Assembly: GCA_944391815.1 (NCBI GenBank)
Contig: CALXUV010000020.1
Span: 7,081-71,080 of the forward strand
Length of the DNA: 64,000 bases
Source: an uncultured Clostridia bacterium
GTDB taxonomy: Bacteria; Bacillota; Clostridia; Oscillospirales; CAG-272
Reading direction: 5' to 3'
Shown: positions 19,517 through 29,264 of the stretch, piece after piece
How the letters are laid out: every line of letters begins with the position of its first letter
Position numbering within the stretch: position 1 is the stretch's first letter
Made by a program: the position numbers and the translations under genes
The notes under the pieces: model-generated
The model's input: the letters and a program-made list of their open reading frames with translations, nothing else
Told to the model about the DNA's origin: nothing
Database searches by the model: none

Positions 19517-19747
19517 TCATTTTTCAGCTTTCTCATGGCATTAACGAATTGTAAAACTGATTGCCATAAAAAAACAAGGTCATTTAATCTGACCTTGTTG
19601 TTTTATTATAAGAAATATAAAGGTTAAATAAACGTAATATAGACTTATTAGAATGTTTTCCGGTTGAAATAAATATTTTTTGTCACAAAAAAAGGATATT
19701 AACATATAAATACAGAAGATACTTTCTGAGCAAAGGTAAGCTGATTT

Positions 19748-19950
19748 TTATGCTGATAATAATTGTTTAAAGGCGTTATATCCGAGTGCAAGATATGCCA
19801 GCGCAATCGGTTCACCTTCTCTTTCGGTACATACCACACTGTATCCGCCTCCGGGTATAACAAGCATTGCGGGCTTGATTTCTTTGCTGTCGCTTATATA
19901 TTCGAAAAGTTTTGCCCCTGTTTTTTTAGCAAGGTTTCTCTGAAAATCAT
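19748..19950 (-). pseudogene. Frameshifted, truncated alpha/beta-hydrolase (acetyl-esterase/lipase) remnant
   Basis: GGAGGAG RBS, then MIFRETLLKK; after a one-base shift at the A7 run the frame reads PAMLVIPGGGYSVVCTEREGEPIALAYLALGYNAF and stops 6 codons later. Confidence 0.75.
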
Positions 19951-20209
19951 TTTTTACTCCTCCTTTTTTTACATTCTACCATAACGCTCAATTTTTTTTC
20001 AATACGGTAGCCAAAAGTATTGACAAACCTTTTTTTTCTGATATAATGTTACTTACTGTCCGCTGAAAATCATATACTTTCGTTATGCCGGAGTTTCGGC
20101 GATGGCGTATTTTAAAACTGACAGCAAAATAAACATCGGAAAACATTTTCCGGCTTTTGTTTTATTTTTACGGACACCAACACATTTTTTCCCGAAAGGT
20201 CGTGTTTGT

Positions 20210-21604
20210 TTGCAGAAAACCAAAAATCCGGATTTTACCGAAGGACCGCTTTTCGTAAGAATTTTCATGTTTGCGATCCCTCTTATTCTAACCGGAATAC
20301 TTCAGTTGCTTTACAATGCCGCAGATAATATAGTTGTCGGAAAATTTTCCGGAGATCCCAATGCTCTTGCCGCTGTCGGATGCACCGGAAGTCTCAATAA
20401 CCTTATTGTAACGTTTCTGATTTCTTTTTCAGTCGGAAGCTCAGTGGTTATTGCACAGAATTTCGGCGCAAAGAAAGAGGACGCGGTCTCCAAAGCCGTA
20501 CATACCTCTATCTCGATCGCTCTTATCGGAGGAATCGTCATTTCTGTTCTCGGTTTTTTTCTGTGCGAGCGTGTCCTGATAATGATGGGGACTAATCCCG
20601 AATTACTTCCGAAAGCAAAGCTTTATACACAGATAATCTGTATCGGAATTCCTGCCAGTGCTGTTTACAATTTCGGCGCTACGGTATTCCGGGCGATCGG
20701 CGATTCAAAAACACCTTTGATTATCCTTGCCTGTACCGGCATTGTCAATGTGGTTTTCAATCTCATCTTTGTTATTGTTTTTAATCTATCTGTCGCCGGT
20801 GTTGCCATAGCTACTATAATCTCGCAGTATCTTTCCGCTTTTGTGGTGATTTTCCTCCTTTACAGAAGTAATGAATGTTATTGTTTCCGTTTCAGAAAAC
20901 TCGGATTTTCCGTGTCTATTCTTGAAAAAATGCTGATTATCGGTATTCCTGCGGGTATTCAGGGAATTCTCTTCTCTATATCAAACGTTATCATACAGAG
21001 CGGAGTAAACACATTTCCGATCGAAGTTATTTCCGGAAACACAATCGGTGCGACAATCGAAGGTTTTACATACATTTCAATGAACAGCTTCAGCCACGCA
21101 ACCATCACTTTTGCCGGTCAGAATTTCGGTGCATTCAAATTTGACAGAGTAAAAAAAGTTCTTTTTTACGCTCTTCTTCAGGTCACCGCCGTCGGTATTT
21201 TCGTTGGTTACATGGAAATTCTTTTCGCCAGACCTCTTTCGGCACTGTTCGTCGATACAACTCAGCAAAACATACCGCTTGTAATCGACGCTGCCGCCGT
21301 CAGAATAAAAGTAATCCTCGGAACATATTTTCTCTGCGGCGTTATGGAGGTGCTTGCCGGTTATCTGCGTGCGCTCGGACGCTCCTTTACCACGATGATA
21401 TGTTCCCTTACCGGTGCGTGCCTGCTAAGAATTGTATGGGTCAAATTCATCTTCGTCCTTCCTGCCTTCAATTCTCAGACCGGACTTTATATTTCATATC
21501 CCATAACATGGCTTTTCACATGTTTGCTTCTCGCAGCTTTTGCTTTATTCACCTCAATAAAACTGTTCAGGCGTGCTAAAAAACTCAATATTCCAGAGGT
21601 TTGA
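20210..21604 (+). CDS. MATE family efflux transporter
   Basis: TTG start after GAAAGG; LQLLYNAADNIVVG, ALAAVG, GDSKTPL, GQNFGA; about 12 TM segments. Confidence 0.9.
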   Translation: MQKTKNPDFTEGPLFVRIFMFAIPLILTGILQLLYNAADNIVVGKFSGDPNALAAVGCTGSLNNLIVTFLISFSVGSSVVIAQNFGAKKEDAVSKAVHTSISIALIGGIVISVLGFFLCERVLIMMGTNPELLPKAKLYTQIICIGIPASAVYNFGATVFRAIGDSKTPLIILACTGIVNVVFNLIFVIVFNLSVAGVAIATIISQYLSAFVVIFLLYRSNECYCFRFRKLGFSVSILEKMLIIGIPAGIQGILFSISNVIIQSGVNTFPIEVISGNTIGATIEGFTYISMNSFSHATITFAGQNFGAFKFDRVKKVLFYALLQVTAVGIFVGYMEILFARPLSALFVDTTQQNIPLVIDAAAVRIKVILGTYFLCGVMEVLAGYLRALGRSFTTMICSLTGACLLRIVWVKFIFVLPAFNSQTGLYISYPITWLFTCLLLAAFALFTSIKLFRRAKKLNIPEV

Positions 21605-21605
21605 T

Positions 21606-22016
21606 ATGAATTACATTAAACTATGGCAGGATATTTCCCGTACCGCAGAAGACGATTATTATTCTCTTCCAAAAGACAGGCAAACACTTTTCAATATTAA
21701 AAGCATAGCCGATTCGGTAAGCGGCGACGGACTTAAATCGTATTATCTGAGCTACGCGGGCGCTTTTGCGGAAGACGCCGCAAATCAGCTTTATGATATC
21801 GGTCTTGACCTTGTTGCGGCAGTTATAGAGAATGCAAATTCTCTTTTTCCGGAAGGAACTCCGCCCGAAGACGACATTGAAAGAAAAGAAATTATAGATG
21901 AATGGGACGGCGACTACGACTACCTTTATGACGACTGGAATGAAACTATACTTCAAAACATGCCCGAGCTGGAAGCTGAAATTGACTCGCTTTTTGAAAA
22001 AATTTCAAATGAATGA
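21606..22016 (+). CDS. DUF4375 / DMP19-like acidic protein
   Basis: V-S-G-D-G-L-x-x-Y-Y...A..L..IG...A..I..A..LFP pattern; very Asp/Glu-rich; starts 1 nt after the MATE stop. Confidence 0.6.
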   Translation: MNYIKLWQDISRTAEDDYYSLPKDRQTLFNIKSIADSVSGDGLKSYYLSYAGAFAEDAANQLYDIGLDLVAAVIENANSLFPEGTPPEDDIERKEIIDEWDGDYDYLYDDWNETILQNMPELEAEIDSLFEKISNE

Positions 22017-22162
22017 ACTTTCGCTCAGTGCTGAAATCAGCTATTAAATCGGGTTAAAGTCAAAGTGTATGGATTAAATTTTCAAACGATTATCCTTACT
22101 TAATATTAAAAGATCTGATTGAGTTTGAAAATAAAAGCCGATTATAAATAAACTTTATTCGG

Positions 22163-22201
22163 AAATTCCCCGCCATCCACAAAAGATGGCGGGGAATTTT
22201 A
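22163..22201. terminator. Bidirectional intrinsic terminator
   Basis: AAATTCCCCGCCATC-N7-GATGGCGGGGAATTT, 15-bp stem between convergent genes. Confidence 0.85.
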
Positions 22202-22343
22202 TCTGCACCGAGTAAAAGCTCAAAAATTCAGTGAGTCTGAGACTGTTTGGTTCGGATATATCCAATCATAGTCGGTTTTTTACTGTTTTAATGTAATCTA
22301 TCGCATTGAATACTGACTTACGGGATTAATTTGTGACTTAATG

Positions 22344-23219
22344 TTATTTCTTCTGAGCTTTGCCGTCTATCTCTTCCTTTGCTTCTCTGCCCTCTCTCAA
22401 AAGTCTCACAAGCTCCGTCTTGTCTCCGTTTCTTATAGCATCTCTGTATTCGGTCAGTTTTTCTATTATGCAGTCAAGTTCAGACAACACATTTTCAGAG
22501 TTTTCAAGAAAAAGCTCGCTCCACATCTGTTCAGAAAGCCAGGCAACACGAGTAAGATCCTTATATGAACCTGCCGAAAAGCCTTTGTGTATTTTTGCCG
22601 TCGGACTTTTCACATAAGCATTTGAAACAATATGCGCAAGCTGGGAAGTAAATGCTATTATTTCATCATGTTTTCCGGCATCCGTTACCGAAACGCTACC
22701 GATTTGCAAAGGAGACAGTATTTCCTTTATGTTGCTCAGCAGTTCTATGTCATCGAATCTGTCGGGAACCACAACCATCGGCGCACCTTTGAAAAGTTCT
22801 GCGCTTGAATATTTGTATCCGGAAAGATGCTTTCCTGCCATCGGGTGCCCACCCGCAAACACAAAACCGTGCTTCGATGCGAGCTCAAACCCAACGCTGC
22901 ATATTTCGCTTTTGACGCCGCATAAATCCATAACCAGCTTATTTTTACCGAAATATTCCGCATTGTTTTTAAGGTAATTTATTGTCAGCGAAGGATAAAG
23001 CGCAATGAAAACGACATCACATACGGCAAGCTTTTCCTTAGTCAGTTTGCCGCTGACCGTACCCTCAAGCTCGGCATATCCCTGTACGACGTCGTCTTTA
23101 TCGTAGCCGTAAACCGTCACGCCGCTGTACTTTCTGTACGCCTTGGCGACAGATCCTCCGATAAGCCCGAGTCCCACAACTCCGACTGTTTTGATTTTTC
23201 CAACGTCAAGGTTATTCAT
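22344..23219 (-). CDS. tyrA: Prephenate dehydrogenase
   Basis: GLGLIGGS, DLCGVK, GGHPMAG, HDEIIAFTSQLAH, GSYKDLTRVA; ATGA overlap with aroF. Confidence 0.93.
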   Translation of the reverse strand: MNNLDVGKIKTVGVVGLGLIGGSVAKAYRKYSGVTVYGYDKDDVVQGYAELEGTVSGKLTKEKLAVCDVVFIALYPSLTINYLKNNAEYFGKNKLVMDLCGVKSEICSVGFELASKHGFVFAGGHPMAGKHLSGYKYSSAELFKGAPMVVVPDRFDDIELLSNIKEILSPLQIGSVSVTDAGKHDEIIAFTSQLAHIVSNAYVKSPTAKIHKGFSAGSYKDLTRVAWLSEQMWSELFLENSENVLSELDCIIEKLTEYRDAIRNGDKTELVRLLREGREAKEEIDGKAQKK

Positions 23220-24217
23220 TTCAAAGCCTCTTTCACTTTTCTCATTTTTTCTGCTATTTTGTCAAACTGCTCCGGTGTAACCGACTGCGCACCGTCACAA
23301 AGAGCGCAAGACGGGTTATTGTGCACCTCAATCATTACGCCGCTTGCTCCGCATGCTACTGCAGCCACAGCCATAGGTTCGACCAACCTTGAAATTCCGG
23401 TTGCGTGACTTGGATCCACTATTACCGGCAGATGAGTGAGTTCTTTGAGCACCGGAACCGCTGAAAGATCAAGGACATTGCGGGTGTAACTGTCAAAACT
23501 TCTGATTCCGCGCTCGCAAAGAATTATATTATTGTTTCCGCCTGCCATTATATATTCTGCACTCATCAGTAGTTCTTTAAGAGTCGCCGCCATCCCTCTT
23601 TTCAGCAGAATCGGCTTTCCGCATCTGCCCAGCTCTTTAAGCAGTTCGAAATTCTGCATATTCCTTGCCCCGACCTGTAATATATCGACTTCTGAAAACA
23701 GATCGATGTGATTTACATTCATTATTTCTGTAACAACCGGAAGTCCCGTCGCTTTTTTGGCTTCAAGAAGTATCCGTATTCCTTCCCCTTTCAGTCCCTG
23801 GAAATCGTACGGAGATGTTCTCGGTTTGAACGCTCCGCCTCTCAGCACGGTTGCTCCGGAATTTTTGACTTTCCTTGCTATTTCAGTCAGCTGTTCCTCG
23901 CTTTCTATCGAGCACGGACCTGCTATTACAGTAAGCGCATCACCGCCTATTTCGGTATTACCTATCTTTATCACCGTGTCGTCCGGATGAAATTTCCGGT
24001 TTGCGCTTTTAAACGGTTCGGTTATTCTTTTTACACTTTCCACCATTTCAAGACTTTCAAGAAGCTCGGCATCAACCTTGTCTGTATCCCCTATAAGCCC
24101 TATTACCGTCTGGTATTTTCCCTTTGAAACATGTACGTCAAGATTCTGCCCTTCGAGCCATTGTTTCAGACTCTCTATCTGCCTGTCAGTTACTCCCGGT
24201 TTAAGTACCGCTATCAT
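23216..24217 (-). CDS. aroF: DAHP synthase (type I-beta with N-terminal regulatory domain)
   Basis: IAGPCSIE, GGAFKPRTSPY, QVGARNMQNF, LLKRG, CERGIR, DPSHA, IEVH, CDGAQS. Confidence 0.95.
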   Translation of the reverse strand: MIAVLKPGVTDRQIESLKQWLEGQNLDVHVSKGKYQTVIGLIGDTDKVDAELLESLEMVESVKRITEPFKSANRKFHPDDTVIKIGNTEIGGDALTVIAGPCSIESEEQLTEIARKVKNSGATVLRGGAFKPRTSPYDFQGLKGEGIRILLEAKKATGLPVVTEIMNVNHIDLFSEVDILQVGARNMQNFELLKELGRCGKPILLKRGMAATLKELLMSAEYIMAGGNNNIILCERGIRSFDSYTRNVLDLSAVPVLKELTHLPVIVDPSHATGISRLVEPMAVAAVACGASGVMIEVHNNPSCALCDGAQSVTPEQFDKIAEKMRKVKEALK

Positions 24218-24231
24218 ATTTTATCCTCCGT

Positions 24232-24267
24232 AAATAAAAAATCCCACAGTGTTTTTTCACTGCGGGA
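24232..24267 (-). terminator. Attenuator terminator in the aroF-tyrA leader
   Basis: Minus strand UCCCGCAGUG-AAAAAA-CACUGUGGGA-UUUUUUAUUU directly before the aroF RBS. Confidence 0.85.
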
Positions 24268-24314
24268 CTGATTTTTTTATATCAGGTCATAGCAAAAAGC
24301 ACCATTACTTATTC

Positions 24315-24368
24315 TTATTTTAAGTAATAGCGGTAATAATATTCAGTTGCAAATCTAAGTGTAATCAT
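24315..24368 (-). CDS. Tyr-rich leader peptide MITLRFATEYYYRYYLK (putative attenuator peptide)
   Basis: 17 codons, GGGAG RBS 7 nt upstream, 5 Tyr in a 6-codon stretch; lies between promoter and terminator upstream of aroF-tyrA. Confidence 0.85.
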   Translation of the reverse strand: MITLRFATEYYYRYYLK

Positions 24369-24399
24369 ATCAGTGCTCCCGAATCCTTTTTACTCTTTT

Positions 24400-24428
24400 A
24401 ATATACCACTGTCAGTCGGTTTTGTCAA
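24400..24428 (-). promoter_or_regulatory. Sigma-A promoter of leader-aroF-tyrA
   Basis: TTGACA-N17-TATATT with TGn extension. Confidence 0.8.
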
Positions 24429-26425
24429 GTATTTTTTTCAATTCTTCTTCTGCGACCGCCAAATTCCTCAGGTGAAATTTCTCCGGCGCTCTCTATGTAT
24501 CTTTTTGCCTGAGTTGAAAAGAGCTCGTAATATTTTCCCTTAGCCGCCATCAGCTCTTTATGTGTTCCGCTTTCTATCAATTGTCCGTATTCAAGCACAA
24601 GTATCTTGTCGGCAGTAGTAGCGCTTGAAAGTCTGTGGGATACGAAAATCGATGTTTTGTCCTTTCTCAGGCTGTCGAATCTGTTGAAAATCTCCTGTTC
24701 CGCCATCGGGTCAAGCGAGGCTGTCGGCTCGTCAAGTATCAATACGTCCGATGCTGAATAAAATGCACGGGCTATCGAGAGCTTCTGCCACTGTCCTATT
24801 GAAAGCTCTATTCCGTTTTCCTCAAATATCCGCATAAGCGGAGTATCATATCCGTCCGAGAATTTTTCTATAAAGCTGTCGGCGTCACTTGCATGCGCAG
24901 CATTTTTTATTTCTTCGTCCTTCATTTCTTTCAGTATGTCTCCGAAAGCAATATTTTCCTTTGCAGTTACGGCATACTTTCCGAAATCCTGGAATATTAT
25001 CCCGAACATTCTGTACAGCGACTGCACATCATATTCCCTTATATCCCTGCCGTCAAGAAGTATTTTTCCTTTGGTCGGATCGTAAAGTCTGGTCAGCAGT
25101 TTTATCAGCGTTGTTTTTCCGGCTCCGTTAAGCCCGACAAGAACTACTGTTTCACCTGGTTCTATACGGAACGAAACGTCTTTTATTACTTCTCTTTCGG
25201 TTCCGGGATAGCTGAATGAAACGTCCTGAAATTCTATAACATGTCCCACTCCTCTTTCAACTTTTACCGGCTCGGGAAGTATGGACGTTATGGCGGTTTT
25301 GCTCTTCATAAAGACAATCATATTGTCAATAAAAAGTGTTCCCTCGTAAATGGTTGCAGTGGTTGTAATCAGTGTTGCCACTCCGCTGGATATATGGTTC
25401 AGAGCTGATACATAGAGCGAATAATTTCCTATCTGCTCGTTGCCGTTACATACCTGAAGAGCTATGTATACGTAAAGCGCACACTTGGCTGCCGCATTGA
25501 TAAGAGTAAGTATAATATGCCAGATGCCCTCTGTAATGTAAAGTTTTCTCAGTCCCCTGTAATACTTTTTGAACGTCTGGTTATACCTGTCTATAAAAAT
25601 GTCGGTAAGCGAAAACATCTTCACTTCCTTTACCATGTCTTTGTTGGTAAGGATTCCGGAATAGTAATTCATAACCCGGCGCTCTTTTGATTTTCTGCGG
25701 ACATAGTTTACATTCTTTTTTCTGTAAATGAAGTTTATTATCGCAGAAGGAACCGCAAGCACAACCATAATCAGAGGAGCAACGGAGCTTACCGCTATAA
25801 GAACAACGATAAACGACACCATACTTATAATTGTACTGAAAATATTGAACGTTGCATCAAGGATCTGTATCGGGCGTGTTCCCGCTTCACGGTTGGCATT
25901 TTCCAGTTTTTCATAAAACTCAGCCGTATCAAAGCTTGCCATATCAATCTCTTTGGTCTTGTGCATGATTTTGAGTTTGATGTGGTTTACCACAAGCTCA
26001 CCGTATATCCTTTTCAGAACGGTGTTTATATTGTTCACCAGACTTTGCAGAAATGTAAAACCGAACTGAAGGACCAGCCAGAAAACTATAGCACGGCAGG
26101 CTTCGTTTTCCAGCATAACGTTTATCTGTTCGCTCACCGTCAGACTTCCGTCTATAACGGAAAAAGACCGCATCAGCGCATTAAGTATATTTGCCGTAAT
26201 GGTGGCACCCAGAACCGGCATTACGCCGTTGAATACTGACATGAAAATCATCACAAGAAGTATCCACGGTCCTGTCTGCCATACAAGACCGAATATGTAA
26301 AACAGCCTGTGGAAAAATTCAGACAGAAGCTTTTTCAGAAAACCCGGAACCTCTTTTATGTTTTTTGGCTTTTCGGGTTCTGCATAATTAGGTTTTGGTC
26401 CGCCCCAACCGAATCCCGGTCCCAT
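24425..26425 (-). CDS. ABC exporter, fused permease/ATPase
   Basis: N-terminal TM domain; GLNGAGKTT, LSIGQWQK, ILDEPTASLD, SHRLS. Confidence 0.92.
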   Translation of the reverse strand: MGPGFGWGGPKPNYAEPEKPKNIKEVPGFLKKLLSEFFHRLFYIFGLVWQTGPWILLVMIFMSVFNGVMPVLGATITANILNALMRSFSVIDGSLTVSEQINVMLENEACRAIVFWLVLQFGFTFLQSLVNNINTVLKRIYGELVVNHIKLKIMHKTKEIDMASFDTAEFYEKLENANREAGTRPIQILDATFNIFSTIISMVSFIVVLIAVSSVAPLIMVVLAVPSAIINFIYRKKNVNYVRRKSKERRVMNYYSGILTNKDMVKEVKMFSLTDIFIDRYNQTFKKYYRGLRKLYITEGIWHIILTLINAAAKCALYVYIALQVCNGNEQIGNYSLYVSALNHISSGVATLITTTATIYEGTLFIDNMIVFMKSKTAITSILPEPVKVERGVGHVIEFQDVSFSYPGTEREVIKDVSFRIEPGETVVLVGLNGAGKTTLIKLLTRLYDPTKGKILLDGRDIREYDVQSLYRMFGIIFQDFGKYAVTAKENIAFGDILKEMKDEEIKNAAHASDADSFIEKFSDGYDTPLMRIFEENGIELSIGQWQKLSIARAFYSASDVLILDEPTASLDPMAEQEIFNRFDSLRKDKTSIFVSHRLSSATTADKILVLEYGQLIESGTHKELMAAKGKYYELFSTQAKRYIESAGEISPEEFGGRRRRIEKNT

Positions 26426-26819
26426 TTACATGCCTCCTGTGTGTTATGATTTATTTCGTTTACATTTTCAGTTGAACCGATTTTTAATACTGTATCATCA
26501 TTTGTTTCAGATCAGCGCCAAATGAATTGAAAATTCAAACATTAATCTGTGCTGAAAACCCTGAAGCTTCGCACCGGTAACGCAAACTCAGTCAATTTCT
26601 GTTGTCCTGTAAAGCTGACAATTTATATTTATAAAGGGCAACAAACTCATTCTTGCTTTCCGGAAAAATTTAAATCCCGACATTGAAAATCGGCTCAAAA
26701 ACCGTTATATCGCACCCGTAACACGGATATCAGATATTCCTGTTTGAAAAATGCAATATTCTCAAACATAAATCAAGATAATCTTGTCAGATTGCCGCTG
26801 AATAAAACACATATGATTT

Positions 26820-27683
26820 TCAGTAACCCAAGCCTGCGATTACTTCAGCCGCAAACAATTCAAGCTCTTCGGGAAGCATGGATATTATCCCGCGCCTCTT
26901 TTCACAAAGTTTTGAAGCTTCCGCATGAAGCCATACTCCGAGCACTGCCGATTCTTCTGCACTGTAATTCTGTGCGAAAAAACCAGCTGTCATACCTGCC
27001 AGTACGTCTCCGCTTCCGCCTTTTGACAGTCCTCTGCTTGCCTGACTTGTATATAATTTACCTTCCGGCGTCGCTATATAAGTCACATAGTCTTTAAGAA
27101 CCGTCACCGTGCCGTATTTTGCAGAGAAATCAAGCGCACATCTTTCCGGCTCTGATTTTATCTTTGACATTTCAACTCCGCTAAGCCGGCAGAACTCGCC
27201 CGGATGGGGAGTGATTATACTACCTGCAAGCCTTTGTTTCATTTCAGTACTTAATGAAATGATATTTAACGCATCGGCATCGAGCACTTTCGGTTTATCA
27301 TATGAGAGGACCAAGTCTACCGCCGCTGCACTCCCGGCTTCCTGACCGAGTCCGCAACCGATAAGGTATGCGGTACAGTTTCTCTTTTCGGAAATGATAC
27401 GTCTGAGCTCAGCTTTATTTTCGATTACCTCAAACGTGCACCCCGGATGCCTTGATGCTACCGTGTTCACTACTGCTTCTTCGGCAATCAGTCTGACTAT
27501 CCCGCAGCCGGTTCTCATAGCACCGCCGATACACAGAGCCGCCGCTCCTCTGAAATTTCTGCTGCCCGCAATAACGTTAAGGGTACCGTTTGAGCCTTTA
27601 TTTGCGTTTTCAGGGAGCTTCCTTAGTATTTGACCGATAAATTCGCTGTTTATCAACTTTGAATCAAAGTGATTATCAAGCAT
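26820..27683 (-). CDS. nnrD: ADP-dependent NAD(P)H-hydrate dehydratase (YjeF-C)
   Basis: NKGSNG, AGSRNFRGAA, GCGLG, VLDADAL, ITPHPGEF, GGSGDVLAG. Confidence 0.9.
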   Translation of the reverse strand: MLDNHFDSKLINSEFIGQILRKLPENANKGSNGTLNVIAGSRNFRGAAALCIGGAMRTGCGIVRLIAEEAVVNTVASRHPGCTFEVIENKAELRRIISEKRNCTAYLIGCGLGQEAGSAAAVDLVLSYDKPKVLDADALNIISLSTEMKQRLAGSIITPHPGEFCRLSGVEMSKIKSEPERCALDFSAKYGTVTVLKDYVTYIATPEGKLYTSQASRGLSKGGSGDVLAGMTAGFFAQNYSAEESAVLGVWLHAEASKLCEKRRGIISMLPEELELFAAEVIAGLGY

Positions 27684-27691
27684 ATTAACTC

Positions 27692-28657
27692 CTAAAATTC
27701 ACTTTTCTGCTCCCGCAGGAAAAGTTCTGTAAATACTTTCGACGCATCCTTCTTTTCGTGTATAACTGCGTTGACCGCACTGCATATCGGAAGCTCAACG
27801 CCGTATTTGTCTCCGAGATAAAGCACCGACTTTACGGTTTCAACACCCTCTGCAAGTTTTTCGTATTTCTCACCTTTTATGAACGCCTCGCCGTATTTTC
27901 TGTTATGCGAGTGTTCCGAAAAGAGTGTTGCCTCGTAATCTCCGATATGACAAAGGCCGAAAATACTTCTTTCGTCGCCACCCATTGCTTTGGTAAGTCT
28001 GGCAATTTCTCTCGGCCCCCTCGCCATAAGCGCCCCTTTAAGTGAAGAATAGCCCATTCCGTCAAGCATTCCGGCAGCAATTCCCATTACGTTTTTGCTC
28101 GCCGCTCCTATTTCACAGCCTATCATATCACGGCTGTAATAGAATCTGATAAGCTGTGAACCGAAATCGCTGCACAGCCTTCGGGCATACTGCTGATCTT
28201 CGCTGCATATAAGCATACAGTTAGGTATACCCCTGATAAAATCCTCAACATGTCCCGGGCCTACCCACACCGCACACTGCGTATGATTTCCCAGAATTTC
28301 AGCTGTCGCTTCGCTCAGTCGCTTGCCGCCTTCTTTGATTATTCCTTTCATGCAGAGAATCACTTCTCTGTTTTTCATTGATACTCCGCAATCCTTTATA
28401 CTCTTTGCAAGCTGCGGGTAATTCTGTGTACCTATCGAAATCACCGTTCTGTCAGCAGTTTCAACGGCTTCTTTCAGATTATCTGTAAAAGTTATCTCAG
28501 GAGACAGCGTAAGATATTCGTTTTTTAAAGTTGCTTTCAGATTCTGATACGTACGGCTGTCGCTTCTTCCGTAAATCTTCACCTCATTGCCTATACTGTA
28601 GAGATACCAGGCAAGAAATGCACCCCATCTGCCGCAACCGATTACAGTTATTTTCAA
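27692..28657 (-). CDS. gpsA: NAD(P)H-dependent glycerol-3-phosphate dehydrogenase
   Basis: GCGRWG, CMKGI, GPGH, KNVMGIAAG, GD..AT, SHNR, AEGV; TTG start with AGGAG RBS. Confidence 0.88.
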   Translation of the reverse strand: MKITVIGCGRWGAFLAWYLYSIGNEVKIYGRSDSRTYQNLKATLKNEYLTLSPEITFTDNLKEAVETADRTVISIGTQNYPQLAKSIKDCGVSMKNREVILCMKGIIKEGGKRLSEATAEILGNHTQCAVWVGPGHVEDFIRGIPNCMLICSEDQQYARRLCSDFGSQLIRFYYSRDMIGCEIGAASKNVMGIAAGMLDGMGYSSLKGALMARGPREIARLTKAMGGDERSIFGLCHIGDYEATLFSEHSHNRKYGEAFIKGEKYEKLAEGVETVKSVLYLGDKYGVELPICSAVNAVIHEKKDASKVFTELFLREQKSEF

Positions 28658-28913
28658 TTTATATTCTCCTTTTCACTGCCATTAAATACTATTATAACAA
28701 ACAAGGTATATGATGTCAATAGTTTAAAGTCAATTCTGTGTCCGCATACCGTCGTTTTGATTTGCTTTTTGTATAGTTTATACAAAAAATGCGTAAATTT
28801 TGATAAAATAAGCTATTTTTTTGTAAAAGTATTGATTTTTTAAAAATACGGTGGTATAATAAGGCTGAGAAGCGCAGTAGCGCATCAAATCAAGTTCAGA
28901 AAGGATAATACAA

Positions 28914-29189
28914 ATGACAAAGACTACATTAATTGAAGCCGTTGCAACAAAGTCAAATCTCAAAAAATCCGATGCCGAAAAAGCTGTTAACGCTATTATA
29001 GATGTTATCACTGCTGCTCTTGTTGAAGGCGACAAGGTTCAGGTAACCGGATTCGGTACTTTCGAAGTAAAAAACAACGCAGCCCGCACCGGAGTAAATC
29101 CCCAGACAGGCGAAAAGATTTCCATAAAAGCCAGCAAAGCTGCTAAATTTTCTGCAGGAAAAACTCTGCGCGATGCAGTTAATGCCTGA
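28914..29189 (+). CDS. hup: Histone-like DNA-binding protein HU
   Basis: GFGTFEV..ARTGVNPQTG..I.I....KFSAGK. Confidence 0.96.
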   Translation: MTKTTLIEAVATKSNLKKSDAEKAVNAIIDVITAALVEGDKVQVTGFGTFEVKNNAARTGVNPQTGEKISIKASKAAKFSAGKTLRDAVNA

Positions 29190-29203
29190 TTGTATGTAAT
29201 TTC

Positions 29204-29232
29204 GAAGGTCGGTTTTTGCCGACCTTCTTTTT
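29204..29232 (+). terminator. Intrinsic terminator after hup
   Basis: GAAGGTCGG-N6-CCGACCTTC-TTTTT. Confidence 0.8.
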
Positions 29233-29264
29233 CTGATTTTCAAGTTACGGAGTTTATAAATATC

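Noticed and set aside
24218-24400. T-box upstream of aroF-tyrA
   Set aside because: No GGTGG-ACC T-box sequence or stem I; the region is explained by the leader peptide
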